This document shows positions 13,791-27,289 of a stretch of 64,000 bases of DNA, piece by piece. A program made the translations under genes and the position numbers. Under the pieces are notes generated by a model. It did not search any database. It worked only from the letters and a program-made list of their open reading frames with translations, and was not told the DNA's origin. Source of the DNA: Eledone cirrhosa (lineage: Eukaryota); assembly GCA_964016885.1 (NCBI GenBank), contig OZ024743.1, forward strand, positions 362,700,001-362,764,000, in the 5' to 3' direction. The first letter of the stretch is position 1; each line of letters starts with the position of its first letter.

Positions 13791-14247
13791 AATGCTAGTC
13801 GCTACCACGTGACAGTCGACTGGAAGAGAAAGGACGAGTCGCCTCCATTATTTTAAAACGCCTATAGGCGTGAAAATGAGTAAATGGTTCAAATATTTTG
13901 GCCAAAAGCCTAAATATTATGGAGTCGCCTTTTCTGTGGATATTGTATGACGCCCAATTAGCAGTATGTAACACAAATTATAACAATGAACCTTATGCAA
14001 ACAAGAGAAAATCAACGTAACTTATGGAGCAAAATTATATGTATGCATATATATATATATATATGAATATATTTATAGTGTATTTGGTAATACACTGTAT
14101 GCTTAATTAAAAGCATTTTGAAGACCTTGCGCTAATGTTTTAAAGTAGTGATTATGTCACTTACTTCTTTTTTCAACAGTGTAGTGCTAATATATATCGC
14201 TATTTCAATAGTGTAGTGCTATATACATCGCTATTTCAGAGCACCAA

Positions 14248-14302
<55 letters not shown>

Positions 14303-14307
<5 letters not shown>

Positions 14308-14985
14308 GTATGAATTCCTACGTGTAAAATATACATATAGGGAAACAAGTATTATCCAACCGTATGCCAATGTGGTTCTATGGCGGGTTAATAAATTAAT
14401 AAACGATTTTCCGTTTATTCTGGAGCTTGAAACCGCGGTAAAGGCACATATAGTAAGTACAGTGAATTTTTTTAAATTTATTTAAAAACTTTTTCTCTAT
14501 TTGCTAGACCTTGATTTTATATGTTCTGGCTTGTTAATTTATTAACCCGCCATAGAACCACATTGGCATACGGTTGGATAATACTTGTTTCCCTATATAT
14601 ATTTTTTACACGTAGGAATTCATACTTTATTATTATTGATCTCCCCCCTAAGAGCTTGGCCGTTTGGACTGCTGCTATTTCTAGTGGCAGGACATTGACC
14701 TGTCCACCCTGCCTTTTGTCTTTGCACACGGCACCAGGCAGAATTATTTCTTTCATCATTCGCTCTCATTTGGGAATGGTTTTGTATGGCGTCAGTTTGT
14801 GATTTGAACTCGGGAATTTTATATTCTCCGAGGGAGAAGAGCCTTCTGAAGATAGCTCCCTTCTCAATGGAAGTCCGCTTGGATTTTCCGAGCTTGAAAC
14901 CGCGGTAAAAGCACATATACTAAGTACAGCGAATTTTTTTTTATTTATTTTAAAACTTTTTCTCTATTTGCTAGACCTTGATTAT
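14303..14985 (+). mobile_element. HHR mini-element, inverted 5' arm + partial tandem (467-nt period)
   Basis: Arms 14304-14399 / 14534-14629; direct repeat 14423-14517 / 14890-14983; TA-flanked. Confidence 0.8.
14841..14912 (+). ncRNA. Hammerhead ribozyme
   Basis: gcctt-CTGAAGA-t-agctc...gagct-t-GAAA-ccgcgg-TA-aa(a/g)gc; the upstream half copy at 14423-14445 restores the aaggc pairing. Confidence 0.75.
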
Positions 14986-14999
14986 ATATATATATCTAT

Positions 15000-15170
15000 C
15001 TAAGGCGGGTAAAATTCCCGAGATCCATGGACGAGTTCTCTCCAGCGGTCTCTGTCCCTCATTATCGCTGCCATATCCTGCATCTCCAACAGACCAGTGT
15101 CTGTCCTTAGGGCATCAACATATGTTAACCTTGGTCTTCCTCTTCTAGTGTGTCCATGTAGGGGCTCCCA
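15000..15170 (-). mobile_element. RTE-like LINE 3' end
   Basis: [19 protein letters not shown]...MRDRDRWR...PP*; also at 52145-52503 and 63490-63647. Confidence 0.8.
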
Positions 15171-15222
15171 AATATATATATATACACACACATTTATATA
15201 TATATATTTATATATATATATT

Positions 15223-15253
<31 letters not shown>

Positions 15254-15255
15254 AT

Positions 15256-15914
15256 ATAAGTTGTTGACAGAAATGATTAGCCCATGGTTCATCAGCGTGT
15301 AAGGCTATGCATTTCAGACAACTCTAAGAGAATCTAAAGCGACCGTCCAGCCACACGTGGGAGAGAGAATTCACAGCGTGCCTAGGGCAGTAACCAGTGG
15401 CCTCTGACGGACGAGCTGCTAGAAAGGGCAGCCCAAACCACTCAGTGTTTTCAACCAAACAGAGAGAGAGGAAAGACTGTTATAAGGAGCGAAATATCAC
15501 GATAAATTAACGGAGCCATAGACTCTCGCTATTCCCTGTCAGTAATGTGCTCAAAGGAGGAGGAATCCTGAGCTCTTTATAATACAATATGTTGAAAAGA
15601 TAACAGACTAGAGAGAGAGATAGTGCGCCATCAGTCAAACAGGGAAAAACCACCAGTGTATGGAATCTATATCCCTCAGAGGCCACTGGTTACTGCCCTA
15701 GTCACGCTGTGAATTCTCTCGCCCACGTCTGGCTGGACGTTCGCTTTAGATTCTCTTAGAGTTGTCTGAAATGTATAGCCTTACACACGCTGATGAACCA
15801 TGGGCTAATCATTTCCGTCAACAACTTATTTGGCGAAACAAATCTTTTTGGATTTGTACGTGTGTGTTAGATAGTTATCGAGGTATGTATTTACACTTTA
15901 ATTTATACTTTTAA
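15256..15914 (+). mobile_element. HHR mini-element with ~150-bp inverted arms
   Basis: 15256-15407 is the reverse complement of 15676-15829; TA-flanked. Confidence 0.78.
15783..15865 (+). ncRNA. Hammerhead ribozyme (full type I)
   Basis: acacacg-CTGATGA-a-cca...tgg-c-GAAA-caaatc tttttg gatttg-TA-cgtgtgt. Confidence 0.8.
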
Positions 15915-15968
15915 ATATATATATATATATATAATATAAGATCAAAAGATGGTTAAAAGAGTTCCAAG

Positions 15969-16039
15969 TATTTTATTATGCGCATTTCAAAAACAAATAT
16001 CATCATGAGATGATATCTGCATTTTCATCAGATAAAATA
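15969..16039 (-). ncRNA. Hammerhead ribozyme
   Basis: tattttat-CTGATGA-aaatgcagatatcatc tcat gatgatatttgttttt-GAAA-tgcgca-TA-ataaaata; same family as the hairpin at 40312-40460. Confidence 0.8.
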
Positions 16040-16356
16040 GGGATACATGATATGAAGGTTAAAAAACATTTGTGAATAGTGAAGTTTTAAATCAACATAT
16101 GAAAAATAATTTAAGATTGATGTGTGATATTGGGAAAAAGTGAGGGGGGTGGAAAGGGAGAGAAAGAGGAGATGAGAGTAAGAATGGTGGGGGAGGAGTA
16201 TAAGAAGGAAGGATGAGAGAGGAGGAGAGATGGGTGATAGCGAGAGAGAGATAGCCTTTACAAGTGAGAAAAATATATATTGTCTCACAGAGAGAAGTTA
16301 AAAAGCCGTTGGAAGATAATAGATAATTTAAAAAAATTTGAAATTTATATATATAT

Positions 16357-16389
<33 letters not shown>

Positions 16390-16681
16390 AAAACAAATAA
16401 CGAAACGAAATTAAATTTCGTTTCGTTTGTAACTCACTTTTGTATGACTGACGCTTAAACAATTAAGTTAAAAATGTACATCCATATATGTATACTGAAA
16501 TACTAGTATGCATATGAATACACACACGTATACATATATAGATGTACCAAGTCTTTCACTGGTTACTTTACTGTGAGTATCCAGCTATTCTGTATGTAAA
16601 CACACAGACAAACCGGTTTTTAGAGTCATACTGGTTTTTGAGGAAACACCTTTCCTCTATTCTCCAGAAAGCCAGACAAGG

Positions 16682-16726
16682 AATATTGAACTAGTTTCGT
16701 TGTTGTTACAACTCATCAGCAATATT
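16682..16726 (-). ncRNA. Minimal hammerhead ribozyme (inverted copy)
   Basis: Reverse complement of 17142-17186. Confidence 0.8.
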
Positions 16727-17141
16727 TACCTATCTACCGGCCTTTCTGGAGAATCGTAAAAGCACATATCGTTATATGCTTTTTCTATGAAAATTAGTAG
16801 TGGGCAGACTAATTTGCATAGAGTGTGAGTACGTACCGGTTCAACGGAGACGATAAAAACAAATAACGAAACGAAATTAAATTTCGTTTCGTTTGTAACT
16901 CACTTTTGTATGACTGACGCTTAAACAATTAAGTTAAAAATGTACAAGCGTCAGTCATACAAAAGTGAGTTACAAACGAAACGAAATTTAATTTCGTTTC
17001 GTTATTTGTTTTTATCGTCTCCGTTGAACCGGTACGTACTCACACTCTATGCAAATTAGTCTGCCCACTACTAATTTTCATAGAAAAAGCATATAACGAT
17101 ATGTGCTTTTACGATTCTCCAGAAAGGCCGGTAGATAGGTA

Positions 17142-17186
17142 AATATTGCTGATGAGTTGTAACAACAACGAAACTAGTTCAATATT
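17142..17186 (+). ncRNA. Minimal hammerhead ribozyme
   Basis: aatattg-CTGATGA-gttg taacaa caac-GAAA-ctag-TT-caatatt; palindromic ACTAGT stem III. Confidence 0.82.
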
Positions 17187-17407
17187 CCTTGTCTGGCTTT
17201 CTGGAGAATAGAGGAAAGGTGTTTCCTCAAAAACCAGTATGACTCTAAAAACCGGTTTGTCTGTGTGTTTACATACAGAATAGCTGGATACTCACAGTAA
17301 AGTAACCAGTGAAAGACTTGGTACATCTATATATGTATACGTGTGTGTATTCATATGCATACTAGTATTTCAGTATACATATATGGATGTACATTTTTAA
17401 CTTAATT

Positions 17408-18166
<759 letters not shown>

Positions 18167-18191
18167 TATATATATATATATATATATATAT

Positions 18192-18415
18192 GTAAAAGGT
18201 AATCAGAAATAACAACACAATCGGTACAGTATATGGAAGGGATATATTAGGCTAACGCTTGGCATAGCGGGAAGAGGGTCTTAACGTTTCGAACGCTAGT
18301 CCTTCATCAGAAGAAAGAATGAGAAATAAGATAGATCGTGAGGACGGGCGGGATGAAATTGGAAAAAATGTCTTTAGATAAAAATAACAGGTCCATTCAT
18401 GTTGACATCTCTTGC
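18192..18415 (-). mobile_element. HHR mini-element family A, copy 2 (HHR 18279-18314)
   Basis: Reverse complement of family A with intact CTGATGA/GAAAC core. Confidence 0.78.
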
Positions 18416-18466
18416 AAAAAAATATATATATGTATATATGTATATATGTATATATATATATATTAT

Positions 18467-18670
18467 AATTAGAAATAAAAGCTGTCGTCGCATTTTATGA
18501 TTAAAGAAAATTTAGCCTGATAGTGGGGCTTAGACCCCTCTAAGAAATGGAAAAAGATGAGTATTGACGTCAATACTCATCTTTTTCCATTTCTTTGAGG
18601 GTTCTAAACTCCACTATCAGGCTAAAATGTCTTTAGTCATAAAATACGGCGAAAGCTTTTATTTCTAATT
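18467..18670. repeat. Spacer-less ~200-bp imperfect palindrome
   Basis: Centre ...gagtattgac|gtcaatactc... at 18568/18569; arms end aattagaaataaaagct / agcttttatttctaatt. Confidence 0.85.
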
Positions 18671-18716
18671 TCAAACTCGCTCGCTGTTTCAAAAAAACAA
18701 GCTGGCCTTTTATGAT

Positions 18717-18833
18717 CTGAGTATAAACCCCACCGAGGTTAACTTTGCCTTTCATCCTTACGGGGTCGATAAAATAAAGTACCAGTAATGCACTAGGATA
18801 ATTGACGGGCTTGTGCCAAAAGTAGAAACAATC
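18717..18833 (+). mobile_element. 5'-truncated SINE
   Basis: SINE core and tail. Confidence 0.8.
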
Positions 18834-20235
18834 ATATTATATTATATTATATTATATGCACATATGTCTGTGAGTATGTCTGAGTGTGTCAGTGTGTGTC
18901 TGTTTTTTACTCTGTTAGACTGGTTAAGAGCTGATGGGCTGAATTCTGTTTGTTTGTTTTAATTTCTCGTCACCATATTTCCTCACATCGGTCAGATTTA
19001 ACGTTTGGGACGTCATTGTTCTTATAAGTCTGAGACTGCTACACTTAGTGATGCAGCGACTGGTCTTGGTCTTCTTCTTTAGACAATCTTTTCCGTTTGA
19101 GATGGGTGATAAACCGCCGATGACGTACCACAGTGCCCAGTTGTGTAATGTCTGCAGATATTGCATAACTACTGTGAATGGCAGTTGCAGTTGTAACTGT
19201 TAAGAGCCGAATATAGTATAGAAACTCTCGATAGTCCGGGTTTATGATATAAACTATCATTATCCACGCGCTGCCTATTACATATAACTTGTATTTCTTG
19301 CATACAAATCTTATAATACCATTGAACGAGTAAGTAGCAGCCGGAGGTGCACGGATTCTCTTCAGCAAGCTTCGTAGACGCACACACACGTGTAGCTGAT
19401 ACTATAGTTATTCGCAGTGGTCACATCGCACCGAGCTGTCGGTATACAGAACTAAATGCCTGTTGAAAAAGTGAATCTGCGTCCGATCTTTGACACAGTA
19501 CTGATTTGCATATTGCGCAAATTGGATTGTTGACTTAAGATTCAGAGAAAACAATCGAAAATATCTTATAATATGCATCGATCAGGTCCAGGTTCGTATT
19601 TGTATTTTTGTTGTTGTAGTGGCTGTCGAGGCATTCTTTACCTAGTCACAATTTTCAATTTGTCACACCTTTAACGTATGTTTATTTCTCTGAGATTTAA
19701 CTTATCGATTTATCGATATCATCTTATCGAGTGCTCGTGCAATCTTCTGGGGATTGTTCTTCCGAGAGATACTAGCCGTAGCTGCAACTTGGACTTTACT
19801 CACTAGGCCTCGCGCACCAGAGTCAGATTTACCGCCTTGGGTCCTGTTTCCCTCATGGACTCAACTCCCCTCCCAAATTTCTTGAATACCCCGTCACACA
19901 CGTGCTTGTACATTCACCCTTAGATTCCCATGGCTCTCTTATAGTGAGAAACATATACACTTACAGCTGATACAGACTAACAAAATACGCACACACTACT
20001 TTTCCCTTCACAGCTCTGTATACACAGACACACACACACACTTTTACTTACATATACACACACATATCCTCTTAGCTTCGTACGGACGTATAACACACGC
20101 ACACAGACACACATTGGCACACGCACACGCATAGCTGTATATTCAAAACGTACTTTTTTTTCCATTTCAGATAGACGCGCTCCATCATCCACTTTTCTAA
20201 AAAAGTATATCATACACAAAACGCCAGCATCAACA

Positions 20236-20457
20236 GTTTTCCAAGAGATGGCAACATGAATGGACCTGTTATTTTTCTCTAACAACATTTTTCAGATTAT
20301 GGTTCGCCCGTCCCTTCAATCTTTCTAATTTCTCATTCTTTCTTATGATGAAGGACTAGCGTCCGAAACGTTAAGACAATCTTCCTGCTATTTCAAGCGT
20401 TAACTTAACATATTCCTCCCATATACTGTACTGATTGTATTGTTATTTCTGTTTACC

Positions 20458-20462
<5 letters not shown>
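20236..20462 (+). mobile_element. HHR mini-element family A, copy 3 (core mutated to ATGATGA)
   Basis: Homology to the other family A copies. Confidence 0.75.
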
Positions 20463-20515
<53 letters not shown>

Positions 20516-20517
<2 letters not shown>

Positions 20518-21410
20518 CATCATCGTCATCCTCATCATTTTACGTCCGCTTTTCCCTGCATGGAAGGGTGGCACGGGTCCTATTCAGCACACCATCTCTC
20601 CACTTGTCACGGTCCTTCGTCATCTCCTCCGTGAGTTTCAGCGATCTGAGATCAGCTCTCACCACCTCCGCCCATGTTTTTCGTGGTCTTCCTCTACTGC
20701 GTCTTCCTTCTACTGGGATTTCTTGGCACTTCTTTACCCACCAGTCACCCTCCATGCACATCACATGTCCATACCAACGCAGTCTTCTCTCCCGCACACT
20801 ACAACTTATCCCTCTTATACACAGTTTCTCTCTCAACTCATCTATGCTTGGTCGTTCACGCACATTGACATTGCACATCCAACGCAGCATGCTTGCTTCA
20901 ATTCTCTCCAGCCGTCGCATATCCTTCGCAGTTGCTGCCCATGTCTCACTACCATGCAGCATCGCGCATCTCACACAGGCTTCATATAACCGACCTTTCG
21001 TTCGCAGGGAGAAACCCTTCTTTGTCAACAGAGGAAGCAGCTCCCTAAACTTCTTCCAACTCGTCCTTATTCTAGATACTATGGCCTCGGAGCACCATCC
21101 TCCCTTGCTAATCTGATCACCTAGGTATCGGAAGCTATCAACCACTTCTATAGATCCTACCTGCATTTGAAAAATATGTCTATCACTGCGACTTCTACTG
21201 TCAAATTTCCCTAAACATCTACTGCATATGCAGTTTTCCCTCTTGTGTACCCAAGATCTGCATTGTGTACATTTTATAGAATTTATGCCAACTCCTTGCC
21301 TACATATCGAACATAGTCATTTCCTCTTTTCTACTTATCAACACTTTTGTCTTAGTTAGGTTCACACTCAGTCCTCTTGATTCCAACTACTGTTTCCATA
21401 GTCAGAATTT
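20516..21410 (-). mobile_element. RTE-clade LINE 3' fragment (RT C-terminal region) with (GAT)n-like tail
   Basis: VDSFRYLGDQIS..., AMLHGSETWA, RRLRWYGHV, RGRPRKTW; 208-aa ORF at 20540-21166. Confidence 0.88.
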
Positions 21411-21701
21411 ATTCCCTATTTATTACAGAGCGAAGATAAGTGAAATTTTCAATTTCCTGATTTCTTTCAATGTTCTTATATATAAATATACTGTATATAT
21501 GTGTATTGATGCTTATGATTATATATATAGCTGTGTATATGGGTGTTGAGTGTGTGTGTGTATATATATATATCATACGGCCTACCGCATACGGACGCTT
21601 TATAGATCGAACACCAATTTTATATATATATATATAATTATGCTAATTGGGAGAGGAAATTGTATATATTTTATCTAATAATTCTAAGGACATAATTTAT
21701 G

Positions 21702-21766
<65 letters not shown>

Positions 21767-21947
21767 AAAGTTCTATTTAAAATTGTTGGGATACAACAAG
21801 TAAATATTTTTATAACTAATATAAAGCACTTAACACTATGACTTATTAAAGTAATATAAACAAATCACTATCCGGATGACTTCCAAAAACAATGGTTGCA
21901 TTTTAATAGGGTACGTCAAAGCTTATTTGTAAAACTGTTATATATTG

Positions 21948-22012
21948 TATTTTGTCTGATGAAGGCATACCATAATTTAATTTGGTATCCTTGAAATATG
22001 TATAATGAAATA
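21948..22012 (+). ncRNA. Hammerhead ribozyme in TA-flanked element 21762-22052
   Basis: tattttgt-CTGATGA-aggcatacca...tggtatcctt-GAAA-tatgta-TA-atgaaata. Confidence 0.7.
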
Positions 22013-22051
22013 AATATGGTTTTATAAATATAGTTTCTATTTATTAATATC

Positions 22052-22098
<47 letters not shown>

Positions 22099-22560
22099 TC
22101 CTGGGGGGTGTTGTGTGGGTGTAACCACAGTTAAAGTTGGTAACGTATAGGTATCTTTATTATATATAGAAATGACTTGTACATGACTAGAACTGTTTCA
22201 TTCGTATGAAATCATCAGGAATGTCAGATAAAGTTGGTCAATTCTGGTTATTAATAGATGTCTGTCGTGTGGTAGTTGAAGTGGGCAAAAGGCCCTTTCT
22301 AATGATATAGGTATCTGGTGGTGGTGAATGGGAAGAAAGAAAGGTGGAAGGGGTGGGAGGAGAGGGGAGATGGGAGGAAGTGGATGAAATAGAAGTGGAA
22401 GAGCCAAAGGAGATGAAGCGGGGAAAAAGGTAGAGAAGAGAAGGAAGAAGGGAGGAGGAGAAGACTAGTGATATATGAGAATGGAAAGGAGGGAGTAAGG
22501 GTTTATTTGACTAGGCAGGAGGACGGGGTGTAATTCTAAAGAAAATCTTTTTTGTGTATG

Positions 22561-23486
22561 ATAATAATTGTTTCTACTTTTGGCACAAGGCCAGCAATTA
22601 CCCAGTGTATTACTGGTACTTTATTTTATCGACCTCGAAGGATGAAAGGCAAAGTTAACCTCGGCGGGATTTGAACTCAGAATGGAAAGGGCCGTAACTC
22701 TTTGCGTCAAAGCATGGCGTCAGACCCTCTACCGATACTGCCAATTCACCGCTGTGTATGATAATAATGATTTCTACTTTTGGCACAAGACCAGTAATTT
22801 GGGGAGAGGGGAAAGTCGATTAAATCGACCCCAGTACATTACTGGTGCTTTATTTTATCGACCACGTAAGGATATAAGGCAAAGTTAACTTCGGCGAGAT
22901 TTGAACTCAAACCGTAAAGGACCGTAACTCTATGCTGCAAAGCATGGCGTCCGACCCTCTACCGATACTGCCAAACTACAGAATATAATGCAGTAGAACA
23001 ATTGTTGCAATAATATTAATAATAATTGTTTCTACTTTAGGCACAAGGCCAGCAATTATCCAGTACATTACTGGTACTTTATTTTATCGACCCCGTAAGG
23101 ATGAAAGGCAAAGTTAACCTCGGCGGGATTTGAACTCAGACTGTAAAGGGACGTAACTATGCTAGAAAGCATGGCGTCCGACTCTCTACCGATACTGCCA
23201 ATATAATAATGGTTATGAAGCTGGTTTATAATTATGGTGAAGTTAATGAAGAAAAATGATATTAATAATAATGGTTTCTTATATAAGCACAAGGCCAGTA
23301 ATTTTGGGGGAGGGTAAAGTCGATTAAATCGACCCAGTGCGTGACTGGTACTTTATTTTATCGACCCCTTAGGGATGAAAGGCAAAGTTAACCTCGGCGG
23401 GATTTGAACCCAGATAATAAAAGGCCGTAACTCTATGCTGCAAAGCATGGCGTCCGACCCTCTACTGATACTGCCAATACACCGCC
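22561..23486 (-). mobile_element. Cluster of four co-oriented SINEs
   Basis: Copies at ~22561-22753, 22765-22975, 23021-23201 and 23265-23486. Confidence 0.88.
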
Positions 23487-23619
23487 CTCCAATGATATTA
23501 AAATGAAAGTCGAATGACGTCCATGAGACGTACTAAAACAATGGATGTGGGGTGGTAAACAATCTACGAAAATCTACGGTGAAAGAAAATCAAAGAGCGC
23601 TGCAACGTTTGGAAAGGAG

Positions 23620-23815
23620 AGGGAGAGGGGGGTTATAATATATTTAAAGAGGGGGGGGGGTATAATATAGAGAAAGAGATACGTTATTATATATAGAGAG
23701 AGACAGGGGGTTATAATATATATAGAGAGGGGGGTTTATACTATATTTAAAGAGAGGGGTTTATAATATAGAGAAAGGGATGGGTGATAATATAGAAAAA
23801 GGAGGGTTAAAATAT
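23620..23815. repeat. Degenerate ~30-bp minisatellite (gagagggggttataatatatata)
   Basis: About six diverged units. Confidence 0.65.
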
Positions 23816-26800
23816 ATGTCTGCGCATCATCGGCCACGGCATACCCAGTCCTTCATGCAGCGGGTGTTGACAGCAGATGGACCGCTTGACCACCAGAACG
23901 CGTCCTTTCTGCAAGAAGCGAAAGAGCAAATGCTCTTGTGCAGTCATATGGGGTTTAGGACAAGACACGACAGTCAGGCGGTAATAATGGTCGGACGGGA
24001 TGTACGCGTTCACCACCTCTACCCTACCTTTCATGGACAGCTTTCTCTCGGCTCTTTTCTGGGTGTGTTTGACCACTCAGTACGTCACCTCATCCCAGGT
24101 TTTGTCCATCTGAAGTTCTGGTCCAAACCAGACCCCTAGCAATTTAATCGGGCTGTCTGACGACGCTGTTGGCCGGCATGGAACTGCCTCTCCAGGTGCC
24201 GAGTTACAGGCCCACCTACTTTTCCTTGTTAATTTTCGCTCGTGTCAGCGCTTCGTATTCCTTCAGATCAGTGCTGATCACCTCGATATGTTTGGTGCTT
24301 GACGTTAGAACGGTGACATCGTCAACATAAGTTGATACAGATCTCCCATGTTCTAGTTTGTATTGGATATCCCTCAACATCTCTAATTTGTGAAGTAGTG
24401 GCTCGAGAGTCAATAGATATAAGGATGAGTAGGGACAGCCATGGCGTACCGAGTGCATGATGTTGAACGGTAGCAGATGTAGATGTGCATAGCAGATGTC
24501 TATCCTCTGAAAACGGGCCCAAAGCCTGCTGCTTTGAGGACCGTCACCAGGTACCGATGGTCGATGTAAGTTGATCAGAGCCTCACCTGTGTCAGGTTCC
24601 TTAGCCACCCTCTCTATGATGTATCACATAAGGTGGAGGTTGTAATGGATGGATCTCTTGGGAATGGCACATTTCTGCGCCTCCTCTACCAGACCACGAC
24701 TAGCGCCAAGCTTGTCGGTAACATCATGGCCAAAATTTTGAACTCTGGATTTAGTAAAGTTATTGGCCTAAAATTATCGATAAAATCCCCTTTCTTCGGG
24801 TCCTTTCTTAGCAGTTCCACTGTTTATTGACTCAGAGAACTGGGAATTCTCCCGTTCTCCTGAAAGTTGCAGTAGACCTCTGCCAAGATATCGCCTAAAA
24901 AGTCTGGCACTTGAATGTAAAGCTCGTAGGCAGACCAACCAAACCGGGCGATCTACCCCTTTTGGAGCCGGTCATTGTCTCTTCTATTTCAGCGGCTGTT
25001 ATTGGCTTTTCGCAACACTCGGAGTCCGTTGAGATAGGCCGCGAAGTCCATTTCACGATTCGGCCCGCCGCTACTTCCGAACATTTGGGCGAAGTGTTGC
25101 TGAAAGGCCGCACACATCTTCCCGGGATCGAGTAAAATGCACCCGTCCGATTGTGGCTTTGTTGCCACTCGCACCTCTGCCATTCGAGCCCATTGAACAG
25201 CCTTCGTCTCCTTGTCTCTAAGAGCACTACCTTAGCTCTAATCACGCAGCCTTCATTCTTAGCATTGAAGAATTGGTCCAGGGCCAATCTCGCCACAAGA
25301 ATGTCGGTTGCAATGGCTTTGCTAATTGCCTCTTGTAGTTTTTTATCTAGTTCTCCCTCTATTGCTACGGCTTTGCTAAACCTTATCAGTTCTACTCTCA
25401 TCGCCCTTTTCAAAACCACTTGTTGACGATCGCTCCCGGCAACGCCCGCTTAACTAACTCACAAATCCAGTCTCTGTAGGCTTTGCGCGTTGGGAATGAG
25501 GCATTCCGCTTTCAGTAACAGGGTCCTTGCCTATGGAGCCTTTCTAGATCTACTACACATATCACAAATGGGTGGTCTGTGTATTCGACTATTTTAAAAT
25601 GTGGACAACTTATGCTATTCTTGTCTACTTGCCTACAGTATACCCTATCTAGGTACGATCTGGATGACCTGATGTGGTTAGTTCATGTCCACAATAGCGC
25701 ATTCGGGAAATCCTGTCTGTACCTATCAGACAGTTGGATACGTCTGAGCAGGTTTGTGAGGCTTTTACACCCTCCTCCACTATCCGCTGGTCTCACACAG
25801 TTCCAGCGTGCATCTAAGATACCGTTCCAGTATCCAGTATCCAGAGCGAGATGTTCCTAGAAAGTTTTCCAGGCGTTGGAAGAAATCAGTTCGTCCTGTC
25901 ATTGCTAGTCACGTCCAGTACACTCGACTTACCTTCTGGTTCCAGGATTACGAGATCCAGGCTTTTTTGTAACAACACGCTTCCATATTGCTTGACGGCT
26001 CGGAGATGCGTACAACTCGTAGCCACCGAAAATGGATACGAGGGTTCGTACGTCAGAAACTCTTGTCTCTCTACTGGCCACCACATCTATGTCCAGTGAA
26101 CTGAGACCGTTGTGCAGGTGATCCTGCTTCCCAGACGACCCCAAGCCATGCATTCACACTGCCTATCTTGAGTGAGTCCATGGTCGATTAAGAGAAGGAG
26201 AAAGTGGGAAAGGCCTCTTACATTAGATGTTTTGGGGGAAAGACGGCTGTTCCGTCCTTACGGTTGGTTGTGGGTTTTTGTTTTGGGTGTTGTTAATCTG
26301 TGTTGTGACTGTTGTGGTAGTGAGATTGGAGTGTAGGAGCTTGTGATGGTAGTGGTAGTTGGTATGTAGGTGTAAGTATTTCTAATATTTTTTTTTGTCT
26401 CTTTCACCCTCTTTTTTGAGGGCGAAGACGGTGATTTTTTTTTCTCTTTCTCTTTTTGCCATTAGTCGGCCTCGTCAGAATTTAACGGTGACAGTGTGAC
26501 GTCGCGGAGTGGTATGTCCTCGATGACGTTTGTGTTGTTGTTGCTGATGGTGTTGGTTCTGTTGGTGCTATGTTTGATGGTGTAGGTCTTGCCGGTGCTG
26601 GTGTTGCGGTTTTGTTTGATTTTATGGCTATTCTTGGTGATGTCTGGGTTTTCATGGTAGTTGTTGGTAGTGAGGTATTTGGTGTTGGCTGAAGCGGAGT
26701 TTTTTTCCTTTCCTTTTAATGACATTTGGATTTCCTCACTTCAACTCGGACTGGAAAATGATACCACCTGGAAGATGTGTTTGACCGGGTGTGGCTTTTA

Positions 26801-27200
26801 CATTCTTTTGCGTTGTTAGCATAAAGATTACGAACTCCATTCCCGACCAATTCTCTTTGTTAATCAGGTAGCCCTCGAGGATTTTCGAATTTTCCTCAAT
26901 GCCTACCGTGACTGCTGCTATTAGCCACGGAATGGCTATTTCCGGTGGAATTTGCGAAATTCTGATCCCTACTAGTCCCATTCCGTAACAGGATGGAACG
27001 AGCAGGATCTTGTCACTCTGTAGAGGCTGTATGGAGTGAGATCTTGCTTCTTCCTCTGTAGCAAATCTTACCTCAACCGTGCCCAAACCCTGCCTCTTTG
27101 AATGAGAGTTTTTTGGTTCCATACCGAAATAAAGCCGTCTGAATTTAAGCCTATGTGGCTCCCTCTACTCTCCTCTTTTCAACCCAATAATACGATATGA
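23810..27200 (-). mobile_element. Degraded L1/Tx1-like non-LTR retrotransposon (ORF1, APE endonuclease, RT)
   Basis: ORF1-like 26736-27122; APE motifs DIDVVASRETR, YLDRVY, TDH near 25550-26180; RT motifs DNFRPITLLN, SVRHGCP, TYVDDVT, KINKEK. Confidence 0.8.
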
Positions 27201-27289
27201 CACTGTGAGACGTATCGTATTTTGGATTGTTTCGAGGGGGGGGGGGGGTCTTAAGGCTGACAATAGGGCTTGTCTTCTCTACAAGGCTC

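Noticed and set aside
18924-19900. Unique-looking segment with short ORFs
   Set aside because: No motif I can recognise; needs a tBLASTx search
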